Part shown: positions 38,267-47,005 of the stretch, one piece after another | How positions within the stretch are numbered: position 1 is the first letter of the stretch | Layout: each line of letters begins with the position of its first letter | Source of the DNA: Cyanophora paradoxa CCMP329 | Taxonomy: Eukaryota; Plantae; Glaucophyta | Assembly: GCA_004431415.1 (NCBI GenBank) | Contig: QPMI01000600.1 | Location: 70,055-134,054 of the forward strand | Direction of reading: 5' to 3' | Length of the DNA: 64,000 nucleotides | Program-made: the position numbers and the translations under genes | The notes under the pieces: model-generated | Databases searched by the model: none | What the model was told of the DNA's origin: nothing | What the model saw: the letters and a program-made list of their open reading frames with translations, nothing else

Positions 38267-41114
38267 GGCGTCTGCGGCGGCGGGGGCGGCGGCGGCGGCG
38301 GCGGCGGCGGCGGCAGGGGCGGCAGCGCCGCCCTTGCGCTTCTTGAGGGCGTCGGGGCCGAAGCGCTCAATCGCGCGCTTGCGGGACTGGGCGGCGTTGT
38401 CCGCCGCGATCTGGGTGGCCTCCTCGCGGGCAGATACAGCATCTATATATATGCATATATATGATCATGAGCTCACTTGCAAGGGCCTAGCTATGCGCTT
38501 GCGCGCATATGCATGTACATGTAGTATATATATAGGGACCCGTCGACGTCCTGGTTGCCTTGTTTAGAAATTTGCATAATGGCTGCTTCAGGCCTGTGCA
38601 CTGGCATGCAAGTTCGAGCTCGAGAGCGCGAGGAGGGCGCCCAGCTCCCTCATGCAGTTAAAAGCTTTCGAATTGCTCCACTAGGGGGCCAAGGGCGTCC
38701 CAGAGCAGACGGGGGCCGACTTATTCGTGTGTAGGTCGATATCGCAGGCGCCCCTCAAGCTCGCCGACCGTATAGGAGGCTTGCATCGGGGGGGGTGTCA
38801 AGGGGACCAGTCGCCTCGTGGGAGAGGGACCGGCGGGCATGAGGGGCGGGCGGCGCGGGGCCTGGCAGCGACCGCCGGGGACGCATTGTCCGCCGCTGGG
38901 AAGACTTCGACGGAGCCCGGGGATTCCGGGTCCGATAGTGGGCGAGCGCCATCAGGCTCGGACCCCACGAGGGCGGGTCCCGGCGAGGCCGGGCCCTGAG
39001 GCAGGCGAGCGCCGTCTGGCTCAGACCCCGCAGTGGTAGCTGGGCGAGCATTTGAGTGCTCATGCGCCCGGGTATGCGTAGGGGTCGTCGGCTTGCATGC
39101 CGGCCGTCGGCTTGCATGCCGGCGCCGGCGGCGCCAGCAGAGGTGGCGTCACAGCGAGGGCGGGGGGGGTGCGGGGCTCGGAGCTCTGTCCACCGCCGCG
39201 TCTTGGGGCGCTTGTTCCGCGTCCCACCAGAGGCCTGCGAGCGTCGCGCACGCGTCACGGCGAGCCAAGTGAGCGGGGGGGATGCGGCCCCGTGGTTCTT
39301 GAGTGTCGTGCTGGCGCGGGCGGCCCCGCGCACGGGCCGCCGGCGCCTGCGTGCTCTGTGGCAGTGCGGGGCCAGCGTCAAAGTTCATAGAGGAGGGGCG
39401 CGGGCGAAGGGCGTGAGCGACGGGCGCGGGGAGGGTCCCGCATGGTCGGCGGCAGCGGAGCCGGGTGCGTTGGCGGAGCCGCGCGTCCGACTGCGCGGAG
39501 TCGAGTCGAGTCGTGCGTCGTGCGCTGTGGACGTGAGCTCAGGCGAGCCGCGCATGCGCGGGTGGCATGCGTTGGCGGAAGGATTTGCATTAGCACACAA
39601 CAACAACTTCTAGGAGTTTCACATCGCCCAATTTATCTCTCCGACTAGATAACACTGAGGACCGTCGAGTGCTGTGCTCTGTCTAAGTGATGAGAAATTC
39701 TATCTACGTCCTATATCTACAAATGGGGCGAGAGGCCGAAAGATACACCTGCAGAAAAAGCCCAGGCCCTACGCAGACCGATGAAGGCAAAGGGAAGGCG
39801 GGAATGCGTTGGCGGGAAGGCGGGCGGAGCGAGGACGGGAGCTTAAACGAGCGTATGGTGGCTCTAGATGTTGTGTGGCGTCTCTCGGGCGCGCTCGGAG
39901 CGGCAGGAGAGGGCGGCGGGGACCGGCCCGTTTAAACACGTTACCGCGGGAGCTGGCGCGAGTCGCGGCGCCAGCAGGGGCGCAGCTGCTCTTCTAGATG
40001 TCTGTGGTGTCGCTGCGGCTGTCGTTGCCCGCCCGGCTGACCTACTTTGCGCGTTCGGGCCGTGATGGTCGTAGGGCGTCGGCGCCGCGAGTTTTGGGAC
40101 CGGCAACGTGCAGTGCTAACAGGCACCCGCGTTGGGGAAGCCCCACTGCGCCGGCTTACTCGCTCGCGGGCCTTCGCGCAATTTTCCGGGGTACCGGAAT
40201 CTCTTGCATTCGCGGCTATATATATCATTTCTGAAGAGTACTAGTGGCACTGTCCATATGCATCTCGAGCTCCATCTGAACATTGCAAAGCCAGTGCTCC
40301 GCTCTCGGTAACTCTTCCCCAGATCGGAATAAGGACTGCAGATCGCGATCGGCGGCCGCGGCCACGTCGGCACTGCGCATACCTTGGCCAACAGCAGAAA
40401 CCCGCACGCGCCGCACAGCTTTTTGCGGCAAAAGTTCACGCCCCTCCGGATCCGGATCCTCTGCCTGAAGTCTCGGTCGCTCCGGAGGGGCTGCAGCTGT
40501 CACAAGGAAACTAGAGATGCTAGGTTCCTCTCGAGCTGCAGATGTAGACCGCGTGCTCCCCTTAAGCTTGCAACTGTCTGTGCCATGTGTGCGTCTGATC
40601 CCTCTGTTCTCTGCGGCTGGTGGTTCCGGTAATGTTCGTCCGTGCGTAACCTTGAGTGGGGGAAGCGGAAGTCTTCTAGATACATGCGGTGCAGCTGCAG
40701 GTGACATTGCAGATTCGAATTCTGGTACCTGCGCCTGTGATTGATCACGAGAAGCGCAAGTGAGCTGAAAAAGAGTAGAGGGCTTCGCGCGCCTGAGTAG
40801 CTATAGGGCTCGTGGAGGGTGCGGAAAGTGGGCGGCCTGGGGACTCTCGCACGTTCAGCTGTAGACGCGGTTGTATTGCTTGGCCGATATCGATCGCGCT
40901 GCGATTGCCATTGATCGGGATGCGTACGGGTGCGCTACTTGTAACGCCGGCGCCTTCCTTGTGCCTGTAATAATTACCGCCTTGCAATTGGGACTGAACT
41001 GACTGAACCGACTGCTCGTGATTGTGCCCGTATGCTTGCTTGTCCTTTGAATTCAACTCGATGTTTGCCCTAGGCCTCGAGCTCGTGACTGGTGTCTGGA
41101 TGCGGCATCGACGA

Positions 41115-41189
41115 CACACATATGAATATTCATATTTTAATCCCTCGGCGTTCCGCCTCAGGATTAAAATATGAATATTCATATGTGTG
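41115..41189. repeat. Perfect 29-bp inverted repeat with 17-nt spacer at the viral left terminus
   Basis: cacacatatgaatattcatattttaatcc (41115-41143), spacer ctcggcgttccgcctca, then ggattaaaatatgaatattcatatgtgtg (41161-41189). Confidence 0.95.
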
Positions 41190-41196
41190 ATTCGAT

Positions 41197-41416
41197 GTTA
41201 TATCAATAAAATCGATTAATTTATTTGAATTTTCACCTGAATTTTCATATTTTTATATGCATTTTCAATTAATTTAATCGATGTTATATCGATAAACTCG
41301 ATTAATCGATATTGTATCTTAATTGTAGTTAATCGGAATTATATCAATAACTTCGATTGATCTTAATTGAATCCTAAATGAATCTAATCGGAATTATATC
41401 AATAAAAACGATTAAA
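41197..41416 (+). repeat. Four imperfect ~23-bp direct repeats (TTATATCAATAAnnnCGATTAAT-like), iteron-like
   Basis: Copies at ~41197, 41283, 41339 and 41394. Confidence 0.75.
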
Positions 41417-41713
41417 TCATGTTCTTTTCCGATTAAATCAATTAAATATTTAACTTTGTTACCATAAGTGGTCTAAGTTGACTCACTTTTCATAAACATT
41501 TTGAACTCTTAGTCTCCTTGAATTTCTTAATATGACTCAACTTAGTCAACTTAGTCAACTTTGTTACTGTAATCAATCAGGGTGGACTCACTTTTAGATC
41601 AACTTTGAAATTTCAAGCAAAATCAACTTGGATTTCAAAAGTGGATCTTCTAAGTGGACTCAAAATGTTCACTTTGTGATACTTGTTAGCTCAAATCCTT
41701 ACTGTTTATGGTC

Positions 41714-41827
41714 AGGGTTGACTAAGTGGGGGGAGTTGACACATTTTTTGAAATCCTTTTTAGAAAACTTTAGGTCCCAAATATTTTCTGTGAAATTTGA
41801 GTCAACTCAACCCACTTAGTCAACCCT
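41714..41827. promoter_or_regulatory. Stem-loop element, copy 1 (candidate replication origin)
   Basis: agggttgactaagtggg (41714-41730) and cccacttagtcaaccct (41811-41827) are perfect 17-bp arms, extendable inward with mismatches. Surrounded by GT(G/T)GACTCA motifs. Confidence 0.6.
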
Positions 41828-42146
41828 TGCATTGAATTCGTAACAAAATCCATATACTTTTACTACTTTTACGATTAATATGAGTCAACCTTGAGTCCAC
41901 TTAAATATAAATATAATATAATAGGGGGAATGAAGGGGAATGTTGAATTTTACTGTAATGAAATCGAACATTATTCCAATTACTTACAATAGAATTCTAT
42001 CGTAAAAAATGTCCGGAATCCGGAAAATAATCATTGTATAAAGCTACTGTAGTGAAAGGATATATTATATCTTTTTGTTACAGTAGCTTATCAATGTTAT
42101 TGTTAGAAAACAAAGGAATCCTTTAGAAATTCATTATAGAAACCCA

Positions 42147-42545
42147 TCAAAACGGGAATCTATCATGTTTATGTCTCTCAGTCTTCTCAAATGTGAGGAA
42201 ATTCATTGTTTTATCGATCTCATCTGCTACTGATTGTGTTTTATGCTGAGCTTCTTTACCACAACTGAATATATCAATTGCTAACATGCCTTCATTGGAA
42301 TAACAATGAGCTGTACAATGGCTTTCATCTAATAGCAGAACCAAAGCAAAACCAGGAGGTGATAGTTTGCCATCAAATATCTCACAATGCTTATGAACAA
42401 TCCTAATACCTTGTCTCAATACTGCTTGTTCAAGGGTTCCCATAATCCAATTACCTAGGAAGCTTACATGCTCATGTCCTGTTGCAATAGCTGATTTAGC
42501 CTTGTAATCAAGCATAACATGAAAGCCTCTGTATTTAGTCTCCAT
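42147..42545 (-). CDS. speD: Prokaryotic-type (short) S-adenosylmethionine decarboxylase proenzyme
   Basis: PPGFALVLLLDESHCTAHCYSNEGMLAIDIFSCG carries the E-S-H autocleavage/pyruvoyl motif and the C-terminal D.F.CG. 132 aa, intact. Confidence 0.9.
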   Translation of the reverse strand: METKYRGFHVMLDYKAKSAIATGHEHVSFLGNWIMGTLEQAVLRQGIRIVHKHCEIFDGKLSPPGFALVLLLDESHCTAHCYSNEGMLAIDIFSCGKEAQHKTQSVADEIDKTMNFLTFEKTERHKHDRFPF

Positions 42546-42574
42546 TAAGAATACCTTAGAAAAATTAATTAATC

Positions 42575-42847
42575 CTAATCGAACCTAATGCAAATATCCC
42601 TGTACTCTACTTTGATTGATGAAGTAGCCCTTTTCCTGTAAGCCTGAGAATGTTTTTTGTTGCATTCCCTGCAACCTGATCCCTTCACATGATTAAAGGG
42701 ATAGGTAAGGATCACTTTATTACACTGCAAACATCTAACAGATACTTTCTCTTGAGCTTTGATGTAATGTGTCTCACTGTAATCGAATTTATCTTTACCA
42801 TGAACTGTCATAGCAGCATCAATAAACTTTTTTGTTTTACTATCCAT
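42575..42847 (-). CDS. Small zinc-ribbon protein (DUF723-like, as in viral endonuclease accessory repeats)
   Basis: FI..A..VHG.DKFDYS...Y.....KV.V.CxxC......P.NH..GSGCxxC. Confidence 0.7.
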   Translation of the reverse strand: MDSKTKKFIDAAMTVHGKDKFDYSETHYIKAQEKVSVRCLQCNKVILTYPFNHVKGSGCRECNKKHSQAYRKRATSSIKVEYRDICIRFD

Positions 42848-42869
42848 ACTCTATATATAACCAATATTC

Positions 42870-43702
42870 TTATGGAGCAGTATCCTGCCCAAAAATGGGG
42901 AAATATCGATTTGTCCCATAGTATTCAGCATAGGTATTCTGCTTTGCAATAAAATCGGTTCTCTCAGCATATAATACACACTTGTAGATACCAAACTTGG
43001 TGGCTCTAACCAGGAACTGGTAATCTTCTAAACCGAAATTGACTCCATGATAAGCAATACCAAAATTATCATATGGGGTGATCACAACTGCAAAATTAGG
43101 AGTTCCACCCTCTACTTGACAAAGAGCATAAACATCTGGTGGGATATCCACAACTACCTTGTAGTGGTCACCAATTTCAACAAGAGAGTCTACTACTGCT
43201 GTTTGTTCATTTACAACAATGGGGAATATCTTTATAATGTATGGGGCATTCATGCTGGGGACATAGGTTCGAATTCTTGTATTGGGATCAATGGGATTGG
43301 GTTGATCATTCACAAATAAAGGCGCTCCAACAGCCCCACCAACCCTAAGACCATCACCAATATAAGCTCCCCCCGATTTGCAGTTAATAGCTCCCGACCT
43401 AGATTCAAAAGAATAAGTAGACAGAGGATCTCCATAGCTATCTGGGTCTCCATAATGAGCAGAAAAGTTTGCATTTGTGACAAGTAGCTTAGTTGTCTTA
43501 ACTATACCATTATTTTTATCACATCTGAGTTCCTGTAATCTCAGTTTGTGGGTGGAACCAAAGGTGTTCATTGTAGGTTGGACCTCTGTTGATTGGAGAC
43601 CCTCTACATCATCAAAGGTAGCATGCTGCAGAACATGGTTTGCTGGGGCAGCTAATGATAGCTGTGGTGTAATAATTCGTTCAAGTGGGGTTGCTCAGCC
43701 AT
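42870..43702 (-). CDS. Fibre/spike paralogue D (shared N-terminal domain); one frameshift just after the ATG
   Basis: The ATG at 43702 is out of frame with RIITPQLSLAAPANHVLQH..TE..F....RLQELRCDKNNGIVKTTKLLVTNAN..KSGGAYIG, which aligns with paralogues A-C. Confidence 0.7.
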
Positions 43703-43725
43703 TTTACATTAAAGGGATATATCTT

Positions 43726-44570
43726 TTATGGGGTTGGGTCATCAATTACATCTGGCTCTTGGTAAAACCCTGTAACTGAAAGAGTATCAGGAGTTACACC
43801 TCTAAGAGCTGATACAGCGGCTATATCTGTTCTCAAACCGATAAGAGTTATAGTATATAACCCAATATCTGTAACAAACAAGTCAAAGGTGAAATTATTA
43901 TTATAAACACAGTAGCCATAACCGAAATGATTATATCCCTGAACATTGAAATAGTATTTATGACCTACTTGATTGTTGTTGGCTCTACAAAGGGAAAGCA
44001 TTGCAGATGGAATCGCAAGACCTCTCAGTACTCTTTTGGTTCCTTCAATTAATTCCGAGTTTTCAAGAGTAACAGTATATCCAATGTAAAATTGAATTAA
44101 TGGCTGCTGTGCGACAGGAGTATATAATCGAATTCGTTGGGGGTCTTCCACATTTTGCTCTAGAGTATCTGGGACATCATTATACGAAATTGAGGATGAA
44201 AGCTGACCTGAAATTCGACAGCCACCCCAATAAATGCTCCTCCTGATCTCACAGTGACAGCTGCAGAATTCTTATCGAAATCAAGGGCTTTCAGATCAAC
44301 ACTGTAAGCATCTGGACCTCCATTGGTAGGCTGAAAGAAGTTTGCATTTGTGACAAGCAGTCGAGTTGTTTTAACCACACCAGAATTCTTATCAGCTCTC
44401 AGCTCTTTAACTCGAATAATCGAATTTTTATCAAAGGAGTTACCATTGGAGTTGGGTCTCTCTGTGGATTCTAAACCACGAACCTCATCATTAACTTCAT
44501 GCTGGCGAAAATGCATTGCAGGGGATCCAAGGGAATATATAGGCAGTTGAACTCGATTATATTCACCCAT
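43726..44570 (-). CDS. Fibre/spike paralogue C; frameshift(s) near 44.15-44.23 kb
   Basis: MGEYN..RVKELRADKNSGVVKTTRLLVTNAN..RSGGAFIG. The downstream ORF 43726-44151 (DPQRIRLYTP..GLYTITLIGLRTD) aligns with the C-terminal half of paralogue D. Confidence 0.7.
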
Positions 44571-44608
44571 TGCTTCTTTTACTAAGAAGGAAAGAAAAAT
44601 AATGTTCA

Positions 44609-44872
44609 CTACTCTTCTGTAACATTATTATACTCAATACCTTTCTTTACAGTTCCCCTTTGGAATGCCTGTGACACAATTGCTTCCTTTGAGGTTGGTA
44701 TTTGAACTCCTGATGAGATGCAAGATTGAATCTCTTTCTGAACAATTTCATCAATTGCAATTCTCGCCCTGTTGTGAACAGCATTATCAATCCAATCTTG
44801 AACAGATAAAGCGCAATATTCCATTGCGAGATTTTCAGTATCTGAAAGAACCACTTGGTAGATATTCGACAT
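44609..44872 (-). CDS. Small protein resembling phage tail-fibre-associated proteins (possible fibre chaperone)
   Basis: LSDTENLAMEYCALSVQDWIDNAVHNRARIAIDEIV pattern, recalled from small ORFs that follow C1q-like fibre genes in marine phages. Lies directly downstream of the C1q-head fibre. Confidence 0.6.
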   Translation of the reverse strand: MSNIYQVVLSDTENLAMEYCALSVQDWIDNAVHNRARIAIDEIVQKEIQSCISSGVQIPTSKEAIVSQAFQRGTVKKGIEYNNVTEE

Positions 44873-44891
44873 TCTATACTACTTGTAGAAA

Positions 44892-45914
44892 TTAAATTAT
44901 GCTCAGCAATTCGCCACTAAATGTTGTGAATTCCGAAAGATAAGTATGATTAGCATGAATAGAAACATTATCGCCTGCTCCAAGTCTTACTATTGCGCTC
45001 AAATTGATTGTTTTGTTGGTTACAGTTTGTGAGTTGTTTACCCTGAAATTGAATTCTGTTGAAACATTCTGATCATTTACTTTCAGATCTACACTCACAG
45101 TTGATGTAGTAATACTATAAGCAGTTAGAGAGAATCTGTAATCTCCGTAAACAGGTGCTGTGAATTTCCCTTCTACTAAATCGAATGAGTTGGTATTATC
45201 AAAGAATTCATGCAACCAATTCGTAAGACGTCCAAAGACTGCATTTCTTGTTGCTAAACCGAACCCAACACAGAATCGAGGTTGGGTTGCTTGCTTCAAA
45301 TAAAAGTTTGCTGCGATTGTGAGACCTCCTGCATCAATTCGTGCGACTTCTGTACTATTTCGTTTCAGAATCAGATCCACATTTGCTCCTGTATCTATTT
45401 CAGGTGTTTGTATCTTTGTGGTTGTGGTCATTACAGGGACTGTATTAGTAGGAACAGAAAGACCACCATTTGCATTCACAACACCTGTAAATGTTGTTGC
45501 TCCTGAAATTAAAACGTTTGTAGCTGAGAGTGTCCCATTCACAAAAGCTCCCGAACCTATCCATGCTCCACCTGATTTAACTACAAGTGCTGCATTATTT
45601 TCTGTCCCATCAAAAGTAACAATTTGTGGTGTGGTCACCCCACCTGCATCATCATAAATTGCTGCATCAGCAACTACACCACCTGTTAAAACCTGATTCT
45701 TGTTACTCACGATTAATTGAGTGGTTCTTATTTTTCCAGCATTTCTATCACATCGAATTTCCTTGCATCTGATAATCGAATTTTGAGTAAACGAATCTGC
45801 TCCTGTGGTTTCTGTGCAAATAAACCCGGGAATAGCATCTGTGACTGTGTGGTTCAGTTGATGCAATTTAGGCGCTGCATAACAGAAAACAGGGACTGCG
45901 ATTTGGGTAGCCAT
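44892..45914 (-). CDS. Fibre/spike paralogue A with C-terminal C1q/TNF-like head
   Basis: Shared N-terminal domain (KEIRCDRNAGKIRTT, AALVVKSGGAWIG). C-terminal PRF..FD...GKFTAPVYGDYRFS..IVRLGAGDNVSI..TTFSGELL is a C1q-like signature. Confidence 0.8.
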   Translation of the reverse strand: MATQIAVPVFCYAAPKLHQLNHTVTDAIPGFICTETTGADSFTQNSIIRCKEIRCDRNAGKIRTTQLIVSNKNQVLTGGVVADAAIYDDAGGVTTPQIVTFDGTENNAALVVKSGGAWIGSGAFVNGTLSATNVLISGATTFTGVVNANGGLSVPTNTVPVMTTTTKIQTPEIDTGANVDLILKRNSTEVARIDAGGLTIAANFYLKQATQPRFCVGFGLATRNAVFGRLTNWLHEFFDNTNSFDLVEGKFTAPVYGDYRFSLTAYSITTSTVSVDLKVNDQNVSTEFNFRVNNSQTVTNKTINLSAIVRLGAGDNVSIHANHTYLSEFTTFSGELLSII

Positions 45915-45936
45915 CTATAAAACCCCTACAAAAAGT

Positions 45937-46986
45937 TTATAATCTACTGATGAGATGCCCCCCGAAACAGGTAGTACCACCAATTGTCCCCGTTGGTTCA
46001 ACATATATGTATGATGACCAGATATGTATGACATTCACATGTTCGTTTGCATATACAGGAAAAGAAGCCTCCATGTGAACACTTCGCTTTCCATTGAAAG
46101 TTGAAAATACTTGAACCGATTGGGGGGAAATAAACAAATCATTCTTTTGAAAACTAATTCTACACTCCCCTGTGGATGCTGTTGTTGACATTTGAACCAT
46201 AAAGAAGAATCTATAAATTCCTGAAACAGGTGCTGTAAAATTGCCTGCGTTGCTGACACTATTGCTTGCATCTACAAGAACTCTATTATAAGTGAATTTC
46301 CTTGTTTCTACTGTTGCTCCAACATTAAATCCTGATGTTGAATAAGCAACAACACAAAAACGAGGGTGTGGAACTTTCAGATATTTAAGTAGATTAATGG
46401 ATGGAGAAACATTGTTAATTGTTGCTGTAACCACTGCATTTCTCTTTACATTAAGTGCAGCTGTTGTTTCAATTTCAGGTGTGTTTAACTTTGTGGAGAA
46501 GACACCAACACCAACTGAAAGACTACTCGCATTAAATCCACCCTGAAAAGTTATTGGACTCTCAAAAGTTCCACTTCCAGCATTTAGTATGGGTGCTGTT
46601 ACTGTTCCATTCACCTTTAATGCCTCTCCAAAGTATGCCCCTCCACTCTTAACTACAAGAGCTGCAGTATTGCTTGTGTTCCCAAAAGTAACTATCTGTG
46701 CAGTGGTAAATCCACTCACATTATCATATATTGCTGAATCGGGAACTACTTGACCTGCTTGAACTTGATTTTTATTCGAGATTATAATTCCTGTGGTTCT
46801 TATCTTGCCTCCATTGCGATCACATCGAATTTCTTTGACTCTGAGTATATTGTTCTCTGTGAAAGAGGTGTTGCTTGAAGTTTCAGTGCAAATATACCCA
46901 GGGGTTGAATCAACTACTCCATGAGAGGTGCTATGGATTGATTTGGCTGCAAATTCGTAGTTTGGGATTTCTAATAGAGAGGTCAT
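45937..46986 (-). CDS. Fibre/spike paralogue B with C-terminal C1q/TNF-like head
   Basis: Likely start MTSLL at 46986. KEIRCDRNGGKIRTT, AALVVKSGGAYFG; PRF..GNFTAPVSGIYRFFF..TCFGGHLI. Confidence 0.8.
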   Translation of the reverse strand: MTSLLEIPNYEFAAKSIHSTSHGVVDSTPGYICTETSSNTSFTENNILRVKEIRCDRNGGKIRTTGIIISNKNQVQAGQVVPDSAIYDNVSGFTTAQIVTFGNTSNTAALVVKSGGAYFGEALKVNGTVTAPILNAGSGTFESPITFQGGFNASSLSVGVGVFSTKLNTPEIETTAALNVKRNAVVTATINNVSPSINLLKYLKVPHPRFCVVAYSTSGFNVGATVETRKFTYNRVLVDASNSVSNAGNFTAPVSGIYRFFFMVQMSTTASTGECRISFQKNDLFISPQSVQVFSTFNGKRSVHMEASFPVYANEHVNVIHIWSSYIYVEPTGTIGGTTCFGGHLISRL

Positions 46987-47005
46987 CTTTGTAATAACGA
47001 AATAG

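Noticed and set aside
35741-40750. Possible genes or decayed transposon fragments, including Ala/Pro-rich ORFs at 37.9-38.5 kb and a G-skewed degenerate tract at 37.38-37.83 kb
   Set aside because: Low complexity with no identifiable domain or termini; part of it may be low-quality sequence.
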